From: Squalus acanthias
Lineage: Eukaryota
Reading direction: 5' to 3'
Assembly: GCA_030390025.1 (NCBI GenBank)
Contig: JASTWF010000034.1
Coordinates: 5,022,001-5,086,000 of the forward strand
Length of the DNA stretch: 64,000 nucleotides
Below the pieces are notes generated by a model. It saw only the letters and a program-made list of their open reading frames with translations, did not search any database and was not told where the DNA came from. Positions 36,401 through 50,699 of this stretch are shown here, one piece after another. A program made the translations under genes and the position numbers. Numbering within the stretch: position 1 is the stretch's first letter; the number at the start of each line of letters is the position of its first letter.

Positions 36401-39400
36401 GGAAATAACAGTGTGTGTGTGGGAGTCTGAATGGGCTCCTGGTCTCTGATCATTCTGTGTGTGTGTAGGTGTCAGAATACGCTCCTGGTCTCTGATCTAA
36501 CAGTGTGTGTGTGGCAGTCTGAATGGGCTCCTGGTCTCTGATTTAACAGTGTGTGTGTAGGAGTCCGAATGGGCTCCTGGTCTCTGATCTAACACTGTGT
36601 GTGTGGGAGTCTGAATGGGCTCCTGGTCTCTGATCTAACATTGTGTGTGTGGGAGTCTGAATGGGCTCCTGGTCTCTGATCTTACAGTGTGTGTGTAGGA
36701 GTCCGAATGGGCTCCTTGTCCATGATCATACAGTGTGAGTGTTGGAGTCTGAATGGGCTCCTGGTCTCTGGTCTAACACATGGTGTTTGTCGGATTCTGA
36801 ATGAGCTCCTGCTCTCTGATCTAACAGTGTGTGTGTCGGAGTCTAAATGAGCCCCTGTTCTCTGATCTAACAATGTATGTGTGAGAGTCTGAATGGACTC
36901 CCGGTCTCTGATCATACAGTGTTTGTGTGGCAGTCTGAATGAGTTTTTGGTCTCTGATCTAACAGTGTGTTTGTGGGAGTCTGAATGGGCTCCTGGTCTC
37001 TGATCAAACAGTGTGTGTGTAGGAGTCTGAATGGGCTCCTGGTCTCTGATCTAACAGTGTGTGTGTGTGAATTGAATGGGCTCCTGGTTTCTGATCTAAC
37101 AGTGTATGTGTAGGAGTCTGAATGGGCTCCTGGTCCCTGATTTAACAGTGTGTGTGTGGGAGTCTGAATGGGCTCCTGGTCCCTGATTTAACAGTGTGTG
37201 TGTGGGAGTGTGAATGGGCTCCTGGTCTCTGATCTTTCAGTGTATGTGTGGAAATCTGAATGGCCCCTTGAGCTCTGATAAATCAATGGGTGTGTTGGAT
37301 TCTGAATGGGCTCCTGGTATCTAATCTAACAGTGTTTGTGGGAGTCTGAATTAGCTGCTGGTCTCTGATCGAACAGTGTGTTTTTGGAAGTCTGAATGAG
37401 ATGCTGGTCTCTGAGCCAAGAGTATATGTGTGGTAGTCTTAAGGAGCTCCTGGTCTCTGATCTAACAGAGTGTGTGTGTGAATCTGCATGCGCTCCTCAT
37501 CTCCGATCGAACAGAGTTTGTGAGGGAGTATGAATGAGCTCCTGGTCTCTGATCTAACAGTGTGTGTGTGTGGATCTCTGAATGGGCTCGTAGTCTCTGA
37601 TCCATCAGTGTGTATGGGAGTCTGAATGGGACCCTGGTCTCTTATCTGACAGTGTATGTGTTGGAGTCTGAATGGGCTCATGGTCTCTGTTCTAACAGTG
37701 TGTGTGTGGGAGACTGAATGTGCTCCTGGTCTCTGATCCAAAAGTGTCTGTGTGGGAGTTTGAATGAGATCGTCCTCTCTTTTCTAACCCTGTGTGTGTG
37801 GGAGTCTGAATGGGCTCCTGTTCTCTGATCTAACAGTGTGTGTGTTGGAGCCTTAATGGGTCCTTGGTCTCTGATCTAACAGTGTGCGTGTAGGAGCCCG
37901 AATGGGCTACTGGTCTCTGATCTAACAGTGTGTGTGTAGAAGTCTAAATGGGCCCCTGGTCTCTGATCTAACAGTGTGTGTGGGGGAGTCTGAATTGGCT
38001 CCTGGTCTCTGATCTAACTTTGTTTGTGGGAATCAGAATGGGCTCCTGGTCTCTGATCTAACAGTGTGTGTGTGGGAGACTGAATGAGCTCCTGGTCTCT
38101 GATCCAACAGTGTCTGAGTGGGAGTCTGAATGAGATCGTCATCTCTTTTCTAACCGTGTGTGTGTGGGAGTCTGATTGGGCTCCTGGTCTCTGATCTAAC
38201 ACTGTGCGTGTGTGAATCTCAATGGGCCCCTAGTCTCTGATCTAACAGTGTGTGCGTGGGATTCTGTATGAGCTCCTGGTCTCTGATCAAACAGTGCGTT
38301 TGAGGGAGTCCGATTTAGCTCCTGGTCTCTGATTGAACACTGTGTGACTGGGAGTCTGAATTGGCTCCTGGTCTCTGATCTATCACTGCGTGTGGGAGTC
38401 TAAATGAGCTCCTCTTCTCTGATACAACAGTGTGTGTGTGGGAGTCTGAATAAGCCCCTGGTGTCTGGTGTAACACTGTGTATGTGGGAGTCTGAATGGT
38501 CTCCTGGTCTCTGATCTAAAAGTGTGTGTGTGGGAGTCTGAATGGGCTCCTGGTCTCTGATCTAACATTGTGTTTGTGGGAGTCTGAATCAGCTCCTGTT
38601 CTCTGATCTAACAGTGTGTGTGCGGGAGTCAGATGAACTCCTGGTCTCTTATCTAACAGTGTGTCTGTGGGTATCTGAATGGGCTTCTGCTCTCTGATCT
38701 AACAGTGTGTGTGAGTCCGAATGGGCTCCTGGTCTCTGATCTAACAGAGTGTGTTTGTGAGTCCGGATGAGCTCCTGGTCTCCGATCTAACAGTGTGTGT
38801 GTGGAAGTCAGAATGGGTCTCTGGTCTCTGATCTAACTGGATGTGTGGGAGTCTGAATTGGCTCCTGGTCTCTGAATAACATTTGTGTGTGGGAATCAGA
38901 ATGGACTCCTGGTCTCTGATCTAACAGTGTGTGTGTGGGAGTCTGAATGGGCTCCTGGTCTCTGTTCTTTCAGTGTGTGTGTAGGAGTCCGAATGGGCTC
39001 CTGGTCACTGATCTAACAATGTGTGTGTGGGAGTCTGAATGGGCTCCTGGTCTCTGATCTAACATTGTGTGTGTGGGAGTCTGAATGGGCTCCTGGTCTC
39101 TGATCTTACAGTGTGTGTGTAGGAGTCCGAATGGGCTCCTTGTCCATGATCATACAGTGTGAGTGTTGGAGTCTGAATGGGCACCTGGTCTCTGGTCTAA
39201 CACATGGTGTTTGTCGGATTCTGAATGAGCTCCTGCTCTCTGATCTAACTGTGTGTGTGTCGGAGTCTAAATGAGCACCTGTTCTCTTATTTAACAATGT
39301 ATGTGTGAGAGTCTGAATGGGCTCTCGGTCTCTGATCATACAGTGTTTGTGTGGCAGTCTGAATGAGTTTTTGGTCTCTGATCATACAGTGTGTGTGTGG

Positions 39401-42400
39401 GAGTCTGAATGGGCTCCTGGTATCTGATCTAACAGTGTGTTTGTGGTAGCCTGAATGGGCTCCTGGTCTCTGTTCAAACAGTGTGTGTGTGGGAATTGAA
39501 TGGGCTCCTGGTTTCTGATCTAACAGTGTATGTGTAGGAGTCTGAATGGCTCCTGGTCCCTGATTTAACAGTGTGTGTGTGGGAGTGTGAATGGGCTCCT
39601 GGTCTCTGATCTTTCAGTGTATGTGTGGAAATCTGAATGGCGCCTTGAGCTCTGATAAAACAATGGGTGTGTTGGATTCTGAATGGGCTCCTGGTATCTA
39701 ATCTAACAGTGTTTGTGGGAGTCTGAATTAGCTGTAGGTCTCTGATCGAACAGTGTGTTTTTGGAAGTCTGAATGAGATGCTGGTCTCTGATCCAAGAGT
39801 ATATGTGTGGTAGTCTTAAGGAGCTCCTGGTCTCTGATCTAACAGAGTGTGTGTGTGAATCTGCATGCGCTCCTGATCTCCGATCGAACAGAGTTTGTGA
39901 GGGAGTATGAATGAGCTCCTGGTCTCTGATCTAACAGTGTGTATGTGTGGATCTCTGAATGGGCTCCTAGTCTCTGATCCATCAGTGTGTGTTTGGGAGT
40001 CTGAATGGGACCCTGGTCTCTTATCTGACAGTGTATGTGTTGGAGTCTGAATGGGCTCATGGTCTCTGTTCTAACAGTGTGTGTGTGGGAGACTGAATGT
40101 GCTCCTGGTCTCTGATCCAACAGTGTCTGTGTGGGAGTCTGAATGAGATCGTCCTCTCTTTTCTAACCGTGTGTGTGTGAGAGTCTGAATGGGCTCCTGT
40201 TCTCTGATCTATCAGTGTGTGTGTTGGAGCCTTAATGGGTCCTTGGTCTCTGATCTAGCAGTGTGCGTGTAGGAGTCCGAATGGGCTACTGGTCTCTGAT
40301 CTAACAGTGTCTGTGTAGAAGTCTAAATGGGCCCCTGGTCTCTGATCTAACAGTGTGTGTGGGGGAGTCTGAATTGGCTCCTGGTCTCTGATCTAACTTT
40401 GTTTGTGGGAATCAGAATGGGCTCCTGGTCTCTGATCTAACAGTGTCTGAGTGGGAGTCTGAATGAGATCGTCATATCTTTTCTAACCCGTGTGTGTGTG
40501 GGAGTCTGATTGGGCTCCTGGTCTCTGATCTAACACTGTGTGTGTGTGAATCTCAATGGGCCCCTAGTCTCTGATCTAAGAGTGTGTGCGTGGGATTCTG
40601 TATGAGCTCCTGGTCTCTGATCAAACAGCGCGTTTGAGGGAGTCCGATTTAGCTCCTGGTCTCTGATTGAACACTGTGTGACTGGGAGTCTGAATTGGCT
40701 CCTGGTCTCTGATCTATCACTGTGTGTGTGTGAGTCTAAATGAGCTCCTCTTCTCTGATATAACAGTGTGTGTGTGGGAATCTGAATAAGCCCCTGGTGT
40801 CTGATGTAACACTGTGTATGTGGGAGTGTGAATGGTCTCCTGGTCTCTGATCTAAAAGTGTGTGTGTGGGAGTCTGAATGGGCTCCTGGTCTCTGATCTA
40901 ACATTGTGTTTGTGGGAGTCTGAATGAGCTCCTGTTCTCTGATCTAACAGTGTGTGTGCGGGAGTCAGATGAACTCCTGGTCTCTTATCTAACAGTGTGT
41001 CTGTGGGTATCTGAATGGGCTTCTGCTCTCTGATCTAACAGTGTGTGTGAGTCCGAATGAGCTCCTGGTCTCGGATCTAACAGAGTGTGTGTGTGAGTCC
41101 GGATGAGCTCCTGGTCTCCGATCTAACAGTGTGAGTGTGGAAGTCAGAATGGGTCTCTGGTCTCTGATCTAACAGGATGTGTGGGAGTCTGAATTGGCTC
41201 CTGGTCTCTGAATAACATTTGTGTGTGGGAATCAGAATGGACTCCTGGTCTCTGATCTAACAGTGTGTGTGTGGGAGTCTGAATGGGCTCCTGGTCTCTG
41301 ATAAAACCGTTTGTGTGGGAGTATGAATGATCTCCTGATCTCTGATTTAACAGTGTGTGTGTGGGAGTCTGAATGGGCTCATGGTCTCTTATCTTACACT
41401 GTGTGTGTGGGGATCTGAATTAGCTCCTGGTCTCTGATCTAACAGTGTGTTTGTGGGAGTCTGAATGAACTTCTGGTCTCTGATATAACAGTTTGTGTGT
41501 GGGAGTCTGAAAGGGATCCTGGTCTCTGATCTAATAGTGTGTCTGTGGATGTCTGAATTGGCTCCTGGTCTGTGATCTAACACTGTGTGTGTGGGAGTCT
41601 GAATCAGCTCCTGGTCTCTGATCTAACAGTGTGTTTGTGGGAGTCTGAAAGGGCTCCTTGTCTCTGATGTAAAAGTTTGTGCGTGGGAATCTGAATTGGC
41701 TCCTGCTGTCTATTCTAACACTATGTGTGTGGGAGTCTGAATGAGCTCCTGGTCTCTGTTCTAACAGTGTGTTTGTGGGAGTCTGATTGGGTTCCTGGTC
41801 TCTGATCTAACAATGTTTGTATGGGAGTTAGAATGTGCTCCTGGTCTGTGATCTAACAGTGGGTGTGCGAGAGTCTGAATGAGCTCCTGGTATCTGATCT
41901 AACAGTGCGTGTGTGGGAGTCTGAATAGGCCGCTGCTCTCTTATCTAACATTGTATGTGTTGGAGTCTAAATGGGCTTGAGGTCTCTGATTCATCAGTGT
42001 ATGTGTTGGAGTCTGAATGGGTCCCTGGTCTCTGATCTAACAGTGTGTGTGTAGGAGTCCGAATGGGCTCCTGGTCTCTGATCTAACTGTGTGTGTGTGG
42101 GAGTCTGAATGGGCTCCTGATCTCTGATCATTCAGTGTGTGTGTAGGTGTCAGAATAGGCTCCTGGTCTCTGATCTAACAGTGTGTGTGTGGGAGTCTGA
42201 ATGGTCTCCTGGTCTCTGATCTAACAGTGTGTGTGTAGGAGTCCGAATGGGCTCCTGGTCTCTGATCTGACAATGTGTGTGTGGGAGACTGAATGGGCTC
42301 CTGGTCTCTGATCTAACATTGTGTGTGTGCGAGTCTGAATGGGCTCCTGGTCTCTGATCTTACAGTGTGTGTGTAGGAGTCCGAATGGGCTCCTTGTCCA

Positions 42401-43974
42401 TGATCATACAGTGTGAGTGTTGGAGTCTGAATGGGCTCCTGGTCTCTGGTCTAACACATGGTGTTTGTCGGATTCTGAATGAGCTCCTGCTCTCTGATCT
42501 AACAGTGTGTGTGTCGGAATCTAAATGAGCACCTGTTCTCTGATCTAACAATGTATGTGTGAGAGTCTGAATGGGCTCCCGGTCTCTGATCATACAGTGT
42601 TTGTGTGGCAGTCTGAATGAGTTTTTGGTCTCTGATCTAACAGTGTGTTTGTGGTCGTCTGAATGGGCTCCTGGTCTCTGATCAAACAGTGTGTGTGTAG
42701 GAGTCTGAATGGGCTCCTGGTCTCTGATCAAACAGTGTGTGTGTAGGAGTCTGAATGGGCTCCTGGTCTCTGATCTAACAGTGTGTGTGTGGGAATTGAA
42801 TGGGCTCCTGGTTTCTGATCTAACAGTGTATGTGTAGGAGTCTGAATGGGCTCCTGGTCCCTGATTTAACAGTGTGTGTGTGGGAGTGTGAATGGTCTCC
42901 TGGTCTCTGATCTTTCAGTGTATGTGTGGAAATCTGAATGGCCCCTTGAGCTCTGATAAAACAATGGGTGTGTTGGATTCTGAATGGGCTCCTGGTATCT
43001 AATCTAACAGTGTTTGTGGGAATCTGAATTAGCTGTAGGTCTCTGATCGAACAGTGTGTTTTTGGAAGTCTGAATGAGATGCTGGTCTCTGATCCAAGAG
43101 TATATGTGTGGTAATCTTAAGGAGCTCCTGGTCTCTGATCTAACAGAGTGTGTGTGTGAATCTGCATGCGCTCCTGATCTCCGATCGAACAGAGTTCGTG
43201 AGGGAGTATGAATGAGCTCCTGGTCTCTGATCTAACTGTGTGTGTGTGTGGATCTCTGAATGGGCTCCTAGTCTCTGATCCATCAGTGTGTGTTTGGGAG
43301 TCTGAAAGGGAACCTGGTCTCTTATCTGACAGTGTATGTGTTGGAGTCTGAATGGGCTCATGGTCTCTGTTCTAACAGTGTGTGTGTGGGAGACTGAATG
43401 TGCTCCTGGTCTCTGATCCAACAGTGTCTGTGTGGGAGTCTGAATGAGATCGTCCTCTCTTTTCTAACCCTGTGTGTGTGGGAGTCTGAATGGGCTCCTG
43501 TTCTCTGATCTAACAGTGTGTGTGTTGGAGCCTTAATGGGTCCTTGGTCTCTGATCTAACAGTGTGTGTGTAGGAGTCCGAATGGGCTACTGGTCTCTGA
43601 TCTAACAGTGCGTGTGTAGAAGTCTAAATGGGCCCCTGGTCTCTGATCTAACAGTGTGCGTGGGGGAGTCTGAATTGGCTCCTGGTCTCTGATCTAACTT
43701 TGTTTGTCGGAATCAGAATGGGCTCCTGGTCTCTGATCTAACAGTGTGTGTGTGGGAGACTGAATGAGCTCCTGGTCTCTGATCCAACAGTGTCTTAGTG
43801 GGAGTCTGAATGAGATCGTCATCTCTCTTCTAAACGTGTGTGTGTGGGAGTCTGATTGGGCTCCTGGTCTCTGATCTAACACTGTGTGTGTGTGAATCTC
43901 AATGGGCCCCTAGTCTCTGATCTAAGAGTGTGTGCGTGGGATTCTGTATGAGCTCCCGGTCTCTGATCAAACAC

Positions 43975-46900
43975 TGTGTATGTGGGAGTTTGAATGGTCT
44001 CCTGGTCTCTGATCTAAAAGTGTGTGTGTGGGAGTCTGAATGTGCTCCTGGTCTCTGATCTAACATTGTGTCTGTGGGTATCTGAATGGGCTTCTGCTCT
44101 CTGATCTAACAGTGTGTGTGAGTCCGAATGGGCTCCTGGTCTCTGATCTAACAGAGTGTGTGTGTGAGTCCGGATGAGCTCCTGGTCTCCGATCTAACAG
44201 TGTGTGTGTGGAAGTCAGAATGGGTCTCTGGTCTCTGATCTAACAGGATGTGTGGGAGTCTGAATTGGCTCCTGGTCTCTGAATAACATTTGTGTGTGGG
44301 AATCAGAATGGACTCCTGGTCTCTGATCTAACAGTGTGTGTGTGGGAGTCTGAATGGGCTCCTGGTCTCTGTTCTTTCAGTGTGTGTGTGGGTGTCTGAA
44401 TGGGCTCCTGGTCTCTGATAAAACAGTTTGTGTGGGAGTATGAATGATCTCCTGATCTCTGATTTAACAGTGTGTGTGTGGGAGTCTGAATGGGCTCCTG
44501 GTCTCTTATCTTACACTGTGTGTGTGGGGATCTGAATTAGCTCCTGGTCTCTGATCTAACAGTGTGTTTGTCGGAGTCTGAATGAACTTCTGGTCTCTGA
44601 TATAACAGTTTGTGTGTGGGAGTCTGAATGAGATCCTGGTCTCTGATCTAATAGTGTGTCTGTGGATGTCTGAATTGGCTCCTGGTCTGTGATCTAACAC
44701 TGTGTGTGTGGGAGTCTGAATGAGCTCCTGGTCTCTGATCTTTCAGTGTGTGTGTGGGAGTCTGAATGGCCCCCTGATCTCTGATAGAACAGTTGGTGTG
44801 TTGGAGTCTGAATTGGATCCTCGTCTCTAATCTAACAGTGTGTGTGGGAGTCTGAATTATTAACTGATCTCTGATCTAACAGTGTATTTGTGGGAATGTG
44901 AATGAGATGCTGGTCTCTGATCCATGAGTATATGTGTGTAAATCTGAATGGGCTCCTGGTCTCTGATCGAACAGAATGTGTGTGGGAGTATGAATGAGCT
45001 CCTGTTCTCTGATCTAAAAGTGTGTGTGTGGGTCTCTGAATGAGCTACTGGTCTCTGATCTTACACTGTGTGACTGGGAGGCTGAATTTGCTCCTGGTCT
45101 CTGATCTATCACTGTGTGTGTGGGAGTCTAAATGAGCTCCTCTTCTCTGATATAACAGTGTGTGTGTGGGAGTCTGAATAAGCTCCTGGTCTCTGATCTA
45201 ACACTGTGTATGTGGGAGTTTGAATGGTCTCCTGGTCTCTGATCTAAAAGTGTGTGTGTGGGAGTCTGAATGGGCTCCTGGTCTCTGATCTAACATTGTG
45301 TCTGTGGGTATCTGAATGGGCTTCTGCTCTCTGATCTAACAGTGTGTGTGAGTCCGAATGGGCTCCTGGTCTCTGATCTAACAGAGTGTGTGTGTGAGTC
45401 CGGATGAGCTCCTGGTCTCCGATCTAACAGTGTGTGTGTGGAAGTCAGAATGGGTCTCTGGTCTCTGATCTAACAGGATGTGTGGGAGTCTGAATTGGCT
45501 CCTGGTCTCTGAATAACATTTGTGTGTGGGAATCAGAATGGACTCCTGGTCTCTGATCTAACAGTGTGTGTGTGGGAGTCTGAATGGGCTCCTGGTCTCT
45601 GTTCTTTCAGTGTGTGTGTGGGAGTCTGAATGGGCTCCTGGTCTCTGATAAAACAGTTTGTGTGGGAGTATGAATGATCTCCTGATCTCTGATTTAACAG
45701 TGTGTGTGTGGGAGTCTGAATGGGCTCCTGGTCTCTTATCTTACACTGTGTGTGTGGGGATCTGAATTAGCTCCTGGTCTCTGATCTAACAGTGTGTTTG
45801 TGGGAGTCTGAATGAACTTCTGGTCTCTGATATAACAGTTTGTGTGTGGGAGTCTGAATGAGATCCTGGTCTCTGATCTAATAGTGTGTCTGTGGATGTC
45901 TGAATTGGCTCCTGGTCTGTGATCTAACACTGTGTGTGTGGGAGTCTGAATGAGCTCCTGGTCTCTGATCTTTCAGTGTGTGTGTGGGAGTCTGAATGGC
46001 CCCCTGATCTCTGATAGAACAGTTGGTGTGTTGGAGTCTGAATTGGATCCTCGTCTCTAATCTAACAGTGTGTGTGGGAGTCTGAATTATTAACTGATCT
46101 CTGATCTAACAGTGTATTTGTGGGAATGTGAATGAGATGCTGGTCTCTGATCCATGAGTATATGTGTGTAAATCTGAATGGGCTCCTGGTCTCTGATCGA
46201 ACAGAGTGTGTGTGGGAGTATGAATGAGCTCCTGTTCTCTGATCTAAAAGTGTGTGTGTGGGTCTCTGAATGAGCTACTGGTCTCTGATCTTACACTGTG
46301 TGTCTGGGAGACTGAATTTGCTCCTGGTCTCTGATCTATCACTGTGTGTGTGGGAGTCTAAATGAGCTCCTCTTCTCTGATATAACAGTGTGTGTGTGGG
46401 AGTCTGAATAAGCTCCTGGTCTCTGATCTAACACTGTGTATGTGGGAGTTTGAATGGTCTCCTGGTCTCTGATCTAAAAGTGTGTGTGTGGGAGTCTGAA
46501 TGGGCTCCTGGTCTCTGATCTAACATTGTGTCTGTCGGTATCTGAATGGACTTCTGCTCTCTGATCTAACAGTGTGTGTGAGTCCGAATGGGCTCCTGGT
46601 CTCTGATCTAACAGAGTGTGTGTGTGAGTCCGGATGAGCTCCTGGTCTCCGATCTAACAGTGTGTGTGTGGAAGTCAGAATGGGTCTCTGGTCTCTGATC
46701 TAACAGGATGTGTGGGAGTCTGAATTGGCTCCTGGTCTCTGAATAACATTTGTGTGTGGGAATCAGAATGGACTCCTGGTCTCTGATCTAACAGTGTGTG
46801 TGTGGGAGTCTGAATGGGCTCCTGGTCTCTGTTCTTTCAGTGTGTGTGTGGGAGTCTGAATGGGCTCCTGGTCTCTGATAAAACAGTTTGTGTGGGAGTA

Positions 46901-49900
46901 TGAATGATCTCCTGATCTCTGATTTAACAGTGTGTGTGTGGGAGTCTGAATGGGCTCCTGGTCTCTTATCTTACACTGTGTGTGTGGGGATCTGAATTAG
47001 CTCCTGGTCTCTGATCTAACAGTGTGTTTGTGGGAGTCTGAATGAACTTCTGGTCTCTGATATAACAGTTTGTGTGTGGGAGTCTGAATGAGATCCTGGT
47101 CTCTGATCTAATAGTGTGTCTGTGGATGTCTGAATTGGCTCCTGGTCTGTGATCTAACACTGTGTGTGTGGGAGTCTGAATGAGCTCCTGGTCTCTGATC
47201 TTTCAGTGTGTGTGTGGGAGTCTGAATGGCCCCCTGATCTCTGATAGAACAGTTGGTGTGTTGGAGTCTGAATTGGATCCTCGTCTCTAATCTAACAGTG
47301 TGTGTGGGAGTCTGAATTATTAACTGATCTCTGATCTAACAGTGTATTTGTGGGAATGTGAATGAGATGCTGGTCTCTGATCCATGAGTATATGTGTGTA
47401 AATCTAAATGGGCTCCTGGTCTCTGATCGAACAGAGTGTGTGTGGGAGTATGAATGAGCTCCTGTTCTCTGATCTAAAAGTGTGTGTGTGGGTCTCTGAA
47501 TGAGCTACTGGTCTCTGATCTTACACTGTGTGTGTGGGGATCTGAATGAGCTCCTGGTGTCTGATCTAATAGTGTGTCTGTGGATGTCTGAATTGGCTCC
47601 TGGTCTGTGATCTAACACTGTGTGTGTGGGAGTCTGAATCAGCTCCTGGTCTCTGATCGAACAGTGTGTTTTTGGGAGTCTGAAAGGGCTCCTTGTCTCG
47701 GATGTAAAATTTTGTGCGTGGGAATCTGAATTGGCTCCTGGTGTCCATTCTAACACTGTGTGTGTGGGAGTCTGAATGAGTTCTTGGTCTCTGTTCTAAC
47801 AGTGTGTTTGTGGGAGTCTGAATGGGTTCCTGGTCTCTGATCTAACAATGAGTGTGGCAGTCTGAATGGGCTCCTGGTCTCTGATCTAACAGTGTGTGTG
47901 AGTCCGAATGGGCTCCTGGTCTCTGATCTAACAGAGTGTGTGTGTGAGTCCGGATGAGCTCCTGGTCTCCGATCTAACAGTGTGTGTGTGGAAGTCAGAA
48001 TGGGTCTCTGGACTCTGATCTAACAGGATGTGTGGGAGTCTGAATTGGCTCCTGGTCTCTGAATAACATTTGTGTGTGGGAATCAGAATGGACTCCTGGT
48101 CTCTGATCTAACAGTGTGTGTGTGGGAGTCTGAATGGGCTCCTGGTCTCTGATCTAACAGTGTGTTTGTCGGAGTCTGAATGAACTTCTGGTCTCTGATA
48201 TAACAGTTTGTGTGTGGGAGTCTGAATGAGATCCTGGTCTCTGATCTAATAGTGTGTCTGTGGATGTCTGAATTGGCTCCTGGTCTGTGATCTAACACTG
48301 TGTGTGTGGGAGTCTGAATGAGCTCCTGGTCTCTGATCTTTCAGTGTGTGTGTGGGAGTCTGAATGGCCCCCTGATCTCTGATAGAACAGTTGGTGTGTT
48401 GGAGTCTGAATTGGATCCTCGTCTCTAATCTAACAGTGTGTGTGGGAGTCTGAATTATTAACTGATCTCTGATCTAACAGTGTATTTGTGGGAATGTGAA
48501 TGAGATGCTGGTCTCTGATCCATGAGTATATGTGTGTAAATCTGAATGGGCTCCTGGTCTCTGATCGAACAGAGTGTGTGTGGGAGTATGAATGAGCTCC
48601 TGTTCTCTGATCTAAAAGTGTGTGTGTGGGTCTCTGAATGAGCTACTGGTCTCTGATCTTACACTGTGTGACTGGGAGACTGAATTTGCTCCTGGTCTCT
48701 GATCCATCACTGTGTGTGTGGGAGTCTAAATGAGCTCCTCTTCTCTGATATAACAGTGTGTGTGTGGGAGTCTGAATAAGCTCCTGGTCTCTGATCTAAC
48801 ACTGTGTATGTGGGAGTTTGAATGGTCTCCTGGTCTCTGATCTAAAAGTGTGTGTGTGGGAGTCTGAATGGGCTCCTGGTCTCTGATCTAACATTGTGTC
48901 TGTCGGTATCTGAATGGGCTTCTGCTCTCTGATCTAACAGTGTGTGTGAGTCCGAATGGGCTCCTGGTCTCTGATCTAACAGAGTGTGTGTGTGAGTCCG
49001 GATGAGCTCCTGGTCTCCGATCTAACAGTGTGTGTGTGGAAGTCAGAATGGGTCTCTGGTCTCTGATCTAACAGGATGTGTGGGAGTCTGAATTGGCTCC
49101 TGGTCTCTGAATAACATTTGTGTGTGGGAATCAGAATGGACTCCTGGTCTCTGATCTAACAGTGTGTGTGTGGGAGTCTGAATGGGCTCCTGGTCTCTGT
49201 TCTTTCAGTGTGTGTGTGGGAGTCTGAATGGGCTCCTGGTCTCTGATAAAACAGTTTGTGTGGGAGTATGAATGATCTCCTGATCTCTGATTTAACAGTG
49301 TGTGTGTGGGAGTCTGAATGGGCTCCTGGTCTCTTATCTTACACTGTGTGTGTGGGGATCTGAATTAGCTCCTGGTCTCTGATCTAACAGTGTGTTTGTG
49401 GGAGTCTGAATGAACTTCTGGTCTCTGATATAACAGTTTGTGTGTGGGAGTCTGAATGAGATCCTGGTCTCTGATCTAATAGTGTGTCTGTGGATGTCTG
49501 AATTGGCTCCTGGTCTGTGATCTAACACTGTGTGTGTGGGAGTCTGAATGAGCTCCTGGTCTCTGATCTTTCAGTGTGTGTGTGGGAGTCTGAATGGCCC
49601 CCTGATCTCTGATAGAACAGTTGGTGTGTTGGAGTCTGAATTGGATCCTCGTCTCTAATCTAACAGTGTGTGTGGGAGTCTGAATTATTAACTGATCTCT
49701 GATCTAACAGTGTATTTGTGGGAATGTGAATGAGATGCTGGTCTCTGATCCATGAGTATATGTGTGTAAATCTAAATGGGCTCCTGGTCTCTGATCGAAC
49801 AGAGTGTGTGTGGGAGTATGAATGAGCTCCTGTTCTCTGATCTAAAAGTGTGTGTGTGGGTCTCTGAATGAGCTACTGGTCTCTGATCTTACACTGTGTG

Positions 49901-50240
49901 TGTGGGGATCTGAATGAGCTCCTGGTGTCTGATCTAATAGTGTGTCTGTGGATGTCTGAATTGGCTCCTGGTCTGTGATCTAACACTGTGTGTGTGGGAG
50001 TCTGAATCAGCTCCTGGTCTCTGATCTAACAGTGTGTTTTTGGGAGTCTGAAAGGGCTCCTTGTCTCGGATGTAAAATTTTGTGCGTGGGAATCTGAATT
50101 GGCTCCTGGTGTCCATTCTAACACTGTGTGTGTGGGAGTCTGAATGAGTTCTTGGTCTCTGTTCTAACAGTGTGTTTGTGGGAGTCTGAATGGGTTCCTG
50201 GTCTCTGATCTAACAATGAGTGTGGCAGTCTGAATGGGCT
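43975..50240. repeat. 1230-bp higher-order repeat of array B (~27 monomers), three regular and two variant copies
   Basis: Identical ORFs lie at 44506, 45736 and 46966 (1230 apart). The landmark CTGATCTAACAGTGTGTGTGAGTCCGAATG occurs at 44101, 45331, 46561, 47881 and 48929. Pairs 46966/49334 and 47566/49934 are 2368 apart. Confidence 0.88.
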
Positions 50241-50699
50241 CCTGGTCTCTGATCTAACAGTGTGTGTGTGGATCTCTGAATGGGATCCTAGTCTCTGATC
50301 TTACACTGTTTGTGTTGGGATCTGAATGAGCTCCTGGTCTCTGATCTAACAGTGTGTGTGTAGGAGTCAGAATGATTTTCTTATCTGTAATCTAACATTG
50401 TTTGTGTGAGACTGAATTAGCTACTAGTCTCTGATCTAACAGTGGATATGTGGGATTCTGAATGAGATGCTGGTCTCAAATCCAAGAGTATATGATTGGT
50501 AGTCGGAATGAGCTCCTGGTCTCTGATCCTACAGTGTGTGTGTGTAAATCTGAATGCGCTCCTCGTCTCTGATCGAACAGAGTGTGTGTGGGAGAATGAA
50601 TGAGCTCCTGAACTCTGATCTAACAGTGTGTGTTGGGGAGTCCGAATGAGCTCCTGCTCTCTGATCTAAAAGTTTGTGTGTGGGAGTCTGAATGAGCTC